From positions 800,001 to 864,000 of the forward strand of contig CBDDFZ010000001.1 of the NCBI GenBank assembly GCA_965227515.1: a stretch of DNA of 64,000 nucleotides, written 5' to 3'. This document shows positions 1 through 8,038 of the stretch, piece after piece; the stretch's first letter is position 1; the number at the start of each line of letters is the position of its first letter. This stretch comes from Alphaproteobacteria bacterium. Lineage in GTDB: Bacteria; Pseudomonadota; Alphaproteobacteria; CALKHQ01. Under the pieces are notes generated by a model. The model was not told the DNA's origin. It searched no databases and worked only from the letters and a program-made list of their open reading frames with translations. Position numbers and translations under genes: made by a program.

Positions 1-630
1 ATGGCCGGGCCAGCCCCATACGCGCTCGCCCAGGATCGGATGGAACGCGGAACGGATGGTCAGCGGCAGGCCGCGGTTGTAGGAGAAGAACGCCAGTGCC
101 AGCGCCACCACCGCATAGATCGCCCACGGGTGCAGGCCCCAGTGGAAGATGGTCGCCGCCATGCCGATGGCGCGGGCCGCTTCCTGGTCGGCCGCGTCGA
201 CACCCAGCGGTGGGTCCAGGAAGTGGTTCACCGGCTCCAGCACGCCGAAGAACATCAGGCCGATGCCCATGCCGGCGGCGAACAGCATGGCGAACCAGCC
301 GGCATAGGAGTAGTCCGGTTTGGCATCCGCGCCGCCCAGCCTGACCTTGCCCAGCGGGGAGAAGATCAGCACCACGCAAAAGATCACGAATAGGTTGGCC
401 GCGATCATGAACACCCAGTCGAAGGTGGATGTCAGCCAGGGCCGCAGTTCGGACAGGAAGGTGCCGACGGTCTCCTGAAAAATGATCGTGACCGCCACGA
501 AGACGATGATGGTGATCCCGGAGATCAGAAAGACAGGATTATGGATATCAAGTCCCAGGAACTGGACGTTGTCCTGACCGACCTCGTAGTCGGTATCCTG
601 CGGGTCGGGAATATTGGTTTGGTCTGTCAC
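1..630 (-). CDS. BCCT family (betaine/choline/carnitine) transporter, N-terminal part, runs off the window start
   Basis: Manual minus-strand translation from GTG at 630 (GGGAG RBS) gives WFAMLFAAGMGIGLMFFGVLEP and FHWGLHPWAIYAVVALALAFF, hallmark BCCT motifs. It is absent from the ORF track because the stop lies outside the window. Confidence 0.9.
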   Translation of the reverse strand, partial: MTDQTNIPDPQDTDYEVGQDNVQFLGLDIHNPVFLISGITIIVFVAVTIIFQETVGTFLSELRPWLTSTFDWVFMIAANLFVIFCVVLIFSPLGKVRLGGADAKPDYSYAGWFAMLFAAGMGIGLMFFGVLEPVNHFLDPPLGVDAADQEAARAIGMAATIFHWGLHPWAIYAVVALALAFFSYNRGLPLTIRSAFHPILGERVWGWPGH

Positions 631-822
631 GGAACCGGACTCCCATAGCCTGGACGGGCCTGAAGTCCGGGGGACCTTGCCGGCAAGGACGCTAAGGCGG
701 TTCCTGCCTCACCGCTACTTTGCCGAGATTGGAGCCTCAGGCATCGTGCGCGATTCGTTATGTTTCAATTCAGTTGCAGATGCGAACGCGCCTGTCCAGG
801 CGCACTGCCGCTTTTTTGGGCA

Positions 823-2862
823 TCATGTGGCGGGAATGCCGACCCTGAACGTCGTGCCGGCGCCAGGCGTGCTGTCCACATCCAGGGTCAGGCCGTGGCT
901 GGAGACGATCTCGTCGACGATGGCGAGCCCCAGCCCGGCGCCCTGGGACTGCGGTCCCTGGGCGCCTTCGCGCCGGTAGGCGGCGACCTGCTCCGGCGTC
1001 ATGCCGGGGCCGGAGTCGGCGATCTCGACCACCACCCGGTCGCCGTCGCGGGTGGCGGAGACCGAAACGCTGCCCTCCTCGGTATATTTCACCGCGTTCG
1101 ACACCAGGTTGTTGACCAGCCGCATCATCGGCAGCGGCGGCACGGCGATGGCGGCGTCCAGCCCCTTGCAGTGGAATTCCAGGCCCTTGGCGTTGGCCTC
1201 CTCGCGGAACATTTGGTCGACCGTGTCGGTGATCAGGGTCAGCGCATAGGGGTCGACGGCGGTGCCGGCATCGTCCCGGGTCGCGGTGTCCGCCCCGACA
1301 CCATCGTCGCCGTCGGTCTCGTCGTCTTCGTCCGGCAGCGTGTCCGATTTCGCATCGGCGATGTAGGCGCCGGTCAGGCCCTCCAGATAGTCGAACGCCT
1401 CGGCCAGCCGCGCCCGCGTTTCCTCGCTGCCCTCGGTGGTCAGCGCGCGCATCGACAGGCGTAGCGAGGCCAGTGGCTGGCGAATGTCGTGGGAGGCGGT
1501 GGCCAGTTGGCGTTGCCGCTGCTGGGCCAGGTCGCGGGCGCGGGCATAGTTCTTCTCGGTCTCGAACAGCTCCCGGTTCAGCGCCGCGTCGCGCTGCGCC
1601 GCCTCCACCTCGCGCTCCAGCGCGGCCTCGTACTCGCGCCGCAACTGCAGCATGTAGCCGGCGAACGTGGTCATGGTGGTGATGCTGATGAACAGGTAGA
1701 GCACGCGCTGGAAATTGCTGAGCAGGAACGCCGGCAGCGCGATGTCGAGCGCGACCGACCCGGCGATGGCCAGCACGGCGATGACCAGGATCGCAGCACC
1801 GATCAGGGCGGGCCAGCCGGGATCGCGCCGCCGGTGCACGGCCGGCAGCATCACGATGACGTGGCTGCCCAGCATCAGGAAGTTCAGCGCGTAGCCGACC
1901 AGCAGCAACGGCTCGGTGATGTCCAGCGGCACCAGGGCGTTCAGCGCCATGCTCAGGATCGCCAGGCCGTAGAGGGCCCGGACAAGCCGCTCGCCGCCCG
2001 GCTGTTCCCGCCGCAACTCTGCGGCGACATAGAAGCCGAAGCCGGCCATGACGAACAATTCCGGCACCGCCGCGATCATGTTCCATTCCGGCCATCCCGG
2101 CCAAAGGAACTGGAACGCGAAACCCTCCGACTGCGCGATCAGCAGCAGCGCCAGCGCGAACAGCGCCGCATAGAGCAGGCCGACCCGCGCGCGCATCGCG
2201 ATGTTGAACAGCACGAAGAACACCAGCGACGCCAGGGCGAACGCGTAGAAGATCGCCGATACGGTTGCGTCGTCGATAAGGATCGAGCGCAGGCTGTCGG
2301 CTGTCTCGATGGTGAATTCCAGGAAGTCCGGGCCGCCGGCCTGGTGCTCGATCATGATCAGCGAGGTCTCGCCGGGCCGCACGCCGAAGGAGTCGCTCTG
2401 CAACAGGCGGCTGGCGATCGGCCGGGTGTCGAACGGCGTGTCCGCGGCGCTGTCCAGCAGCGTGACCGGCGGGTCCCCCTCCGCCACCATGTACATGCGC
2501 AGGACCGGGCGGTAGGGAATGCGGGTGGAGACGTACCACTCGCCGATCTTGACGCCGGTGTTGGTCACTTCCAGCGCCAGCCAGTAATGGGAGTTGTTGT
2601 GGCCGAAATTGAGGTCGGCGCCGTCAACGTCGACGCCGCCGCCCGCCGCCAGCACCTCGAGCGCCTCGTCCAGGGTGAGTTGGCGGTCCTGGTCGGCAAT
2701 GTAGGTCAGCGTGGCGCCGCCGATCTGGGCCGGTTCGCCCGGCGACAGGTCGAGCGCGATCGCTGTCGTCACCGCGGTGGCCAGCGTCAGCATCAGCGCG
2801 GTCAGGGACATGGAGCCACCGAGGGCTCGCCATATCGGCCGGATCAGGCGAGAATGGCTCAT
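823..2862 (-). CDS. Sensor histidine kinase with 7TM-DISM extracellular and 7TM domains
   Basis: N-terminal LNFGHNNSHYWLAL (DISMED2-like), several TM helices, H-box SHDIRQPL, NLVSNAVKYT, DSGPGM and GAGLGLAIV. The start may be 2811. Confidence 0.9.
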   Translation of the reverse strand: MSHSRLIRPIWRALGGSMSLTALMLTLATAVTTAIALDLSPGEPAQIGGATLTYIADQDRQLTLDEALEVLAAGGGVDVDGADLNFGHNNSHYWLALEVTNTGVKIGEWYVSTRIPYRPVLRMYMVAEGDPPVTLLDSAADTPFDTRPIASRLLQSDSFGVRPGETSLIMIEHQAGGPDFLEFTIETADSLRSILIDDATVSAIFYAFALASLVFFVLFNIAMRARVGLLYAALFALALLLIAQSEGFAFQFLWPGWPEWNMIAAVPELFVMAGFGFYVAAELRREQPGGERLVRALYGLAILSMALNALVPLDITEPLLLVGYALNFLMLGSHVIVMLPAVHRRRDPGWPALIGAAILVIAVLAIAGSVALDIALPAFLLSNFQRVLYLFISITTMTTFAGYMLQLRREYEAALEREVEAAQRDAALNRELFETEKNYARARDLAQQRQRQLATASHDIRQPLASLRLSMRALTTEGSEETRARLAEAFDYLEGLTGAYIADAKSDTLPDEDDETDGDDGVGADTATRDDAGTAVDPYALTLITDTVDQMFREEANAKGLEFHCKGLDAAIAVPPLPMMRLVNNLVSNAVKYTEEGSVSVSATRDGDRVVVEIADSGPGMTPEQVAAYRREGAQGPQSQGAGLGLAIVDEIVSSHGLTLDVDSTPGAGTTFRVGIPAT

Positions 2863-2912
2863 CGGTCGGCGCCCGCGCCGCGCCGCGACACAACGAGCCG
2901 CCGGAGCCGCAT

Positions 2913-3575
2913 TTGAGTGCCAGCGATCCCTTCGTTCGACGCGTCGTCATCGCCGACGATCACAAGATCGTCCGTGCCGGCCTGCGCGCCGCGTTGGAGG
3001 CGCCGGGCACAATGGCGGCGGCACCCATCGAGGTGGTCGAGGAAGCGGGCGACGGCCTCGCCGCCATCGCCGCGGTCAAGCGCCACCAGCCGCACCTGCT
3101 GTTGCTGGACGTGTCCATGCCCCACGCCGGCGGGGTGGAGGTGCTGCTGGAAGTGCGGCGCTGGAGTCCGGATACCGCCGTGGTGGTGTTCACCGGCGTC
3201 ACCGCGCCCGGCCTGATCAGCGACCTGATCGACGCCGGTGTCGATGGCCTGTTCTCCAAGGCCTCCGACGACACCGAGCTGTTCGAGAAGCTGCCGCTGA
3301 TCCTGCACGGCGGGCGCCATATCTCGCAGACGTTCGTCGACCGGCTTGAGGCGCGGCCGGCGCGCACCGAACTGACCGACCGGGAGCGCCAGACCCTGAA
3401 CATGATCATCGCCGGCCGGTCCAACAAGGAGATCGCCAGCGGGCTCGGCATCAGCATCAAGACGGTGGACAAGCACCGCACCAGCCTGATGCAGAAGCTG
3501 AACGTCTCGTCGGTCGCGCAACTGATGGCGCTCGCCCTGAAGGAAGGGCTGATCGATCCGGCGCAGGAACTGTGA
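2913..3575 (+). CDS. NarL/LuxR-family DNA-binding response regulator
   Basis: Receiver domain (IADDH, LLDVSMP) plus LuxR HTH (LTDRERQTL, SNKEIA, SIKTVDKHRTSLMQKL). Divergent from the kinase. Confidence 0.93.
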   Translation: MSASDPFVRRVVIADDHKIVRAGLRAALEAPGTMAAAPIEVVEEAGDGLAAIAAVKRHQPHLLLLDVSMPHAGGVEVLLEVRRWSPDTAVVVFTGVTAPGLISDLIDAGVDGLFSKASDDTELFEKLPLILHGGRHISQTFVDRLEARPARTELTDRERQTLNMIIAGRSNKEIASGLGISIKTVDKHRTSLMQKLNVSSVAQLMALALKEGLIDPAQEL

Positions 3576-3686
3576 ACGGGCAATCATCGCGGGAATCCTA
3601 GCACGGCGTGCCGTTTTGGGAGACGGGCTTGGCGGGATGGTTCGCACCACCCCGCCGCGCACCGCCTGCGTTGTGTCGGTTGAAAG

Positions 3687-4040
3687 TCAGCTTCCCAGGT
3701 CCTCGGCCGCCATCATCGGCCCGAAGGGTCCGCCGGACTGGCAGGCCTGGTTGCTGCGCACGTCGAAGATGGTCCGGTCCGAACCTGCGGGGCAGGAGAA
3801 GCAGCGCCCAAGCCCGATATCCCAGAAGCCCTGACCGCCATTGCTGCCGACACGCTGCGTGCACTGGGGCGTGTAGCTGGGCGGCGGGTTGACGCCGATA
3901 CCGCCGCCGCCCCCACCACCGCCGCCACCGTTGCCGGGCGCCACGGTGACGCAGGCCGACAGGCCGCTGGCGGCGGCGAAGACGATGGCCGACAGGATGG
4001 CGCCCCGGCGCTTCGCGGAGGTCTTGGAGATACGGTTCAT
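3687..4040 (-). CDS. Small Gly-linker, Cys-rich putative lipoprotein
   Basis: ATG at 4040 after GGGAG. Basic N-region, hydrophobic stretch and LSAC lipobox, then poly-Gly and a domain with 4 Cys (CFSCP). Confidence 0.7.
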   Translation of the reverse strand: MNRISKTSAKRRGAILSAIVFAAASGLSACVTVAPGNGGGGGGGGGGIGVNPPPSYTPQCTQRVGSNGGQGFWDIGLGRCFSCPAGSDRTIFDVRSNQACQSGGPFGPMMAAEDLGS

Positions 4041-4120
4041 GGTTGTGCTCCCTTGAATTGGCCGCGCTGAGGCGACCGTGTTGCGATGGGGGAGATGTGA
4101 GGGCGCGGGCGCACTTTCTG

Positions 4121-4140
4121 TATGGGGTCGATCCCCCATA
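4121..4140. promoter_or_regulatory. Palindromic operator TATGGGG-N6-CCCCATA
   Basis: Perfect 7-bp arms, about 80 bp upstream of the 4040 start. A second copy lies at 4740-4759. Confidence 0.6.
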
Positions 4141-4201
4141 TTGGCCGGCCCCGGCGCGCAGGTCGGGGAGCGGGGACGCGCCGGGGCCTTTAGGCCGGGG
4201 G

Positions 4202-4663
4202 TCAGGACCCGGCCGTCATGAACATGACCGGCTGATAGATCGGCTGCTGCGGGTAGCCGTAGCCGGGGGCACCCACCGGATTGCCATAGCCGGGATTCCC
4301 GTAGCCGGGATTGCCGTAGCCCGGGTTCCCATAGCCCGGATTTCCGTAACCGGGGTTCCCGTAGCCCGGATTGCCATAGCCGGGGCCCGGGTTGATCACT
4401 CCGGGACCGCCGATCCCCGGATTGCCGATCCCCGGATTCCCGATTATCGGATTGCCGATGATCGGGGCGCCGATTGGCGGCTGCAGCCCTGGCGGCACCG
4501 GCTGACCGACGATCGGCGGCGCCAGGCCGGGATTGTTGGCCATCGGCACGCAGGCCGACATGGCACTGCCGACGGCAAGCACGAGGGCGGCGGCGACGCC
4601 CATTTTGCTGCGGTGGGCGCGGGTGCGGCTGGAACGGGACTTGGTGTGCGTATTGCGGGTCAT
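4202..4663 (-). CDS. Pro/Gly-rich putative lipoprotein with (GYGNP)7 repeats
   Basis: ATG at 4663 after AGGAG. MSAC lipobox, then IGNP-type and GYGNP repeats. Confidence 0.7.
   Translation of the reverse strand: MTRNTHTKSRSSRTRAHRSKMGVAAALVLAVGSAMSACVPMANNPGLAPPIVGQPVPPGLQPPIGAPIIGNPIIGNPGIGNPGIGGPGVINPGPGYGNPGYGNPGYGNPGYGNPGYGNPGYGNPGYGNPVGAPGYGYPQQPIYQPVMFMTAGS
4277..4381 (-). repeat. 7 x 15-bp coding tandem repeat (GYGNP)
   Basis: Units differ only at synonymous positions, so the peptide rather than the DNA is conserved. Confidence 0.9.
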
Positions 4664-4739
4664 CGTTGGCTCCTGATGTTGGCCGCTGCGGCGGCCGTGT
4701 TTCGATGACCCAAACCTATTCACCGCCAGCCACCCGCAG

Positions 4740-4759
4740 TATGGGGCCGACACCCCATT
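4740..4759. promoter_or_regulatory. Palindromic operator TATGGGG-N6-CCCCATT
   Basis: Second copy of the 4121 motif, about 77 bp upstream of the 4663 start. Confidence 0.6.
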
Positions 4760-4781
4760 CTGCCCTGCTGCCAGCGCGCGA

Positions 4782-4810
4782 TTGACGACAGACCGACCAG
4801 TTGGTATGTC
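4782..4810 (+). promoter_or_regulatory. Sigma70-like promoter TTGACG-N17-TATGTC with an overlapping TetR-type imperfect palindrome (4788-4809)
   Basis: ACAGACCGACCAGTTGGTATGT is 16/22 self-complementary and sits directly upstream of the TetR gene. Confidence 0.6.
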
Positions 4811-4829
4811 CTCAATCGAGGAGATAGCG

Positions 4830-5564
4830 ATGTCGACGACGGCCCCGGCCAAAGGCAAGAGCGCGCGGCGGGCGGCACACGCCGCTGCGGACGACGGCGG
4901 CAATGCGCGCACGAAGCTGCTGAACGCCGCGCTCAATGTGATCCGCGCTCAAGGCTACGCCGGCACGACGGTGGACGACCTGTGCAGCGCCGCCGGGGTG
5001 ACCAAGGGGGCGTTCTTCCATCATTTCGACAGCAAGGCGGACTTCGGCGTCGCGGCGGCCGATCACTGGTCGCGGGTAACCGGCGCACTGTTCGCCGCCG
5101 CGCCCTATCACGCCCATGACGACCCGCTGGACCGCGTGCTGGCCTACATCGATCTGCGCAAGGCGCTGCTGACCGGGGCGTTGGAAGAGTTCACTTGCCT
5201 GGTCGGCACCATGGCGCAGGAGACCTTCGCCACCCAGCCCGAAATCGCCGCCGCCTGCGGCGCCTGCATCGGCGGCCATGCCGGCACGATTGCCGAGGAC
5301 ATCCAGGCGGCGATGGACCGGTACGGCATTGCCGGGGACTGGACCGCAGAGAGCCTGGCCCTGCACACCCAGGCCGTGCTGCAGGGCGCCTTCATCCTGG
5401 CCAAGGCCAAGCCCATCATCAATCCCGCCACTAAGCCCACCGGCAAGGACGCGGCCGCCATCGCAGCGGACAGCGTCGACCATCTGCGCCGCTACGTCGA
5501 ACTGCTGTTCGGCCGCGGTACGCGAACCGCCGCGACAGCCACGAAGGGAAAGGACACGCCATGA
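4830..5564 (+). CDS. TetR/AcrR family regulator (NemR-like)
   Basis: HTH GYAGTTVDDLCSAAGVTKGAFFHHFDSK and C-terminal CLVGTMAQE. GAGGAG RBS before ATG 4830. Confidence 0.92.
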   Translation: MSTTAPAKGKSARRAAHAAADDGGNARTKLLNAALNVIRAQGYAGTTVDDLCSAAGVTKGAFFHHFDSKADFGVAAADHWSRVTGALFAAAPYHAHDDPLDRVLAYIDLRKALLTGALEEFTCLVGTMAQETFATQPEIAAACGACIGGHAGTIAEDIQAAMDRYGIAGDWTAESLALHTQAVLQGAFILAKAKPIINPATKPTGKDAAAIAADSVDHLRRYVELLFGRGTRTAATATKGKDTP

Positions 5565-6049
5565 AAGACATCTCCCCCTGCCTCTGGTTCGATGGCAACG
5601 CGCGGGAAGCGGCCGAGTTCTATGTCGGCCTGTTCCCCGACAGCCATATCGACCAGGTCATCGCATCGCCTGCCGACACCCCGTCGACCGCCAAGGGCGA
5701 GGAGCTACTGGTCGTCTTCACGCTGCGGGGCCGGCAGTTCATCGGGCTCAACGGTGGGCCTGTCTTCACGTTCAGCGAGGCGGTCTCGTTCAGCATCGAC
5801 TGCGACGACCAGGCCGAGGTCGACCGCTACTGGGATGCGCTGACCGCCGACGGCGGCAGCCCCAGCGTCTGCGGCTGGTGCAAGGACCGGTTCGGGCTGT
5901 CGTGGCAGGTGGTCCCGCGCCGGATGATGGAGCTGATGGCGTCCGACGACCGCGACGCCGCCGAACGCGCCATGCTGGCGATGCTGGCCATGGGCAAGCT
6001 CGACATCGCCGCCCTGGAGGCGGCCGCCGCCGGCGAACGGGCGGCCTGA
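5561..6049 (+). CDS. VOC family protein (PhnB / 3-dmu-9_3-mt-like)
   Basis: ISPCLWFDGNAREAAEFY, LNGGP and CGWCKDRFGLSWQVVP. ATGA overlap with tetR. Confidence 0.9.
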   Translation: MKDISPCLWFDGNAREAAEFYVGLFPDSHIDQVIASPADTPSTAKGEELLVVFTLRGRQFIGLNGGPVFTFSEAVSFSIDCDDQAEVDRYWDALTADGGSPSVCGWCKDRFGLSWQVVPRRMMELMASDDRDAAERAMLAMLAMGKLDIAALEAAAAGERAA

Positions 6050-6077
6050 GCCGCATCACCACGTGGAGGATACGACC

Positions 6078-6431
6078 ATGACGTATATCGATGGCTTCCT
6101 GGCCGCGGTGCCGACCGGCAAGCGCGCCGAGTACCTGGATTTCTGTGAGAAGGCCGCGCTGGTCTTCAAGGACCACGGCGCACTCAGCGTCGTCGACGGC
6201 TGGGGCGACGACGTGCCCGACGGCGAGGTCACCTCGTTTCCGCTGGCGGTGAAGTGCCAGGATGATGAGACGGTCGCGTTCGGCTGGGTGATCTGGCCGT
6301 CGAGGGAAGCGCGCGACGCCGGCATGGAAAAGGTGATGGCCGATCCGCGCATGGCGCCGGACGCGATGACGATGCCGTTCGACGGCAAGCGGATGGTGTT
6401 CGGCGGCTTCGAGACGATCTACGAGACCTAG
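6078..6431 (+). CDS. DUF1428 (YbaA-like) protein
   Basis: YIDGFLAAVP, WGDDVPDGEVTSFPLAVK and MPFDGKRMVFGGF. Confidence 0.9.
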   Translation: MTYIDGFLAAVPTGKRAEYLDFCEKAALVFKDHGALSVVDGWGDDVPDGEVTSFPLAVKCQDDETVAFGWVIWPSREARDAGMEKVMADPRMAPDAMTMPFDGKRMVFGGFETIYET

Positions 6432-6556
6432 ATCGGGATCAGCTTACGCTGAATCTGCACCAGCCCTCACCCCCACCCGGCCACCCACGAAAGTATCCTG
6501 TCTGGGTGGCCGGGTGGGGGTGAGGGCTGGCGCCGACTGAAATGATCATGCTCTAG
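6428..6556. repeat. About 129-bp CTAG-bounded MITE-like element with a long internal hairpin (copy A)
   Basis: Flanks match the reverse complement of 61412-61539. Both begin and end with CTAG. The core hairpin recurs at 29941 and 35762. Confidence 0.85.
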
Positions 6557-6641
6557 GCCGTGCGCGGCCAGCGAAACTGGTGTGCCCGTCTGCGCCACCA
6601 CCGTCATGGCCGCAGCGGCGGCGATTTGAGGTACAACGGCC

Positions 6642-6672
6642 GGTGCGGATTCAGCGTAAGCTGATCCCGATC
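6642..6672. repeat. Isolated end of the CTAG element; 31-bp inverted repeat of 6431-6461
   Basis: 30/31 identity to the reverse complement of 6431-6461. Confidence 0.8.
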
Positions 6673-6689
6673 GAAAAGGGGAGGGCCAT

Positions 6690-7640
6690 ATGAGTGCCGA
6701 ACCGATCGCTGCAACCGCCATGGACAGTGACGAAGCACGGCAGCACCTGAACGCGCACGGCTATGTGGTGCTGGAGAACGCGATCGACCGTGCCGCGGCG
6801 CGCGAGCTGAAGGCGCTGGTCGACCGCCGCATGGCGATTGAGCGCGCGCAGCCGTTCGATCCGGGCGACGGCCCGTCCCACCCTGACGATGCTTTCTTCG
6901 CCGAGGAGGTCGGCCCTTTCACCGCCGGCAAGGCCGAGCGCGCGCGCGTCGTGCAGCGCATCCGGGCCGATCGCGCCCGCGAGTTCGACACGCCCTGGCC
7001 GGTGGAGCCGGAGCACGTCTGCATCAGCTTCTTCCACATCCCGACATTGTTCGACGACGGCCGCTCGCAGCGGGTGTTCAACCTGATCAACAAGGAGCCG
7101 GCGTTCGCGCCGCTGATCGAGCACCCGGCGGTCATGAACATCATTGACGCTGAACTGGGCCGCGACGCGGTGCTGCTGGACGTCAGCATCAACAATGTCG
7201 GCGCCCACACCGAGAGCGGCGGTTGGCACGTGGACTCCCCGCTCAGCATGGCGCCCGAGCCGCTGCCCGACTTCACCCTGTCGATCCAGACGGTATGGAT
7301 GCTGGACGACTTCACGGCCGAGAACGGCGCCACCCTGGTGGCGCGCGACAGCAATCTGACCCGCCGCCAGCCACCGCCGAACGCGGCGGACGTGGCCAAC
7401 CCGGTGGTGCTGGAGGGCCCGGCGGGCTCGGTCGCGATCTGGCTGTCGCAGACCTGGCACCAGCACGGCGGCAACAGGACCGACACCCCGCGCACCGGCG
7501 CCATCGTCCAGTACGGCCGGGCGTGGATCAAGCCGTTCGTCGACCTGCGCACGCCGATGACGGCGGACCAGGCGGCGCAGTTCTCGCCGCGCCTGCGCTA
7601 CATGATGGGCTGCAACGCCAACGCCCCGGTGCGGGGATAA
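6690..7640 (+). CDS. Phytanoyl-CoA dioxygenase (PhyH) family Fe/2OG enzyme
   Basis: HGYVVLENAI, WHVD, FTAENGAT and WHQHGGN (HxD...H). Confidence 0.88.
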   Translation: MSAEPIAATAMDSDEARQHLNAHGYVVLENAIDRAAARELKALVDRRMAIERAQPFDPGDGPSHPDDAFFAEEVGPFTAGKAERARVVQRIRADRAREFDTPWPVEPEHVCISFFHIPTLFDDGRSQRVFNLINKEPAFAPLIEHPAVMNIIDAELGRDAVLLDVSINNVGAHTESGGWHVDSPLSMAPEPLPDFTLSIQTVWMLDDFTAENGATLVARDSNLTRRQPPPNAADVANPVVLEGPAGSVAIWLSQTWHQHGGNRTDTPRTGAIVQYGRAWIKPFVDLRTPMTADQAAQFSPRLRYMMGCNANAPVRG

Positions 7641-7690
7641 GCTCGAAGTTTTTTTGCGTCATGCCCGCACTTGTCGAGCCTACGTTCAGT

Positions 7691-7774
7691 CGTAGCCCGG
7701 GTGGAACGTAGTGAAACCCGGGGACATACCTTCACCTCTCTGTGCCCCGGATTGCGCTGCGCTCCATCCGGGCT
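7691..7774. repeat. GTAG-family REP doublet (REPIN); right REP interrupted by IS110
   Basis: CGTAGCCCGGGTGG...AACCCGGG and CCCGGATTGCGCTGCGCTCCATCCGGGCT. The terminal ACG is displaced to 9195-9197. Confidence 0.85.
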
Positions 7775-7799
7775 TCTGTAACGGGCCATTGTTGGTCAA

Positions 7800-8038
7800 T
7801 CCCTTTTTCGTCGTCCCGGCGCCTGGGTCATGCTTCTGTACGGGGTCGGCGCAGGGCCGCCGCCAAGATGGATATGCGAGGATCGGTCGGTCCAATCTAC
7901 GGAAGCGTGCTCTCATGCGAGGCGACATCCCGGATGGCGGCCTGACCTGATCCATCGTCCCGGCGCGGGACGGCGCTCGACGGGCCGGTGTCGGTGCCCG
8001 TCGAAGCTCGTGTGTCGGTTCTCCTTATGCCGCGGCCA
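7800..8038 (-). ncRNA. Putative bridge RNA / seekRNA of the IS1111-type element
   Basis: The 3' non-coding region contains, in sense orientation, CCATCCGGG and CCGTAG (target halves) and CCATCTT and TACAGAAG (donor junction halves). Boundaries are approximate. Confidence 0.78.

Noticed and set aside
4277-4381. CRISPR-like or VNTR array
   Set aside because: Contiguous 15-bp units without spacers, in frame within a CDS and varying synonymously. No cas genes are present.
6428-7640. Functional link between the CTAG element and the two PhyH genes it neighbours
   Set aside because: The element is upstream of one and downstream of the other, and other copies flank unrelated genes, so this is probably coincidence.
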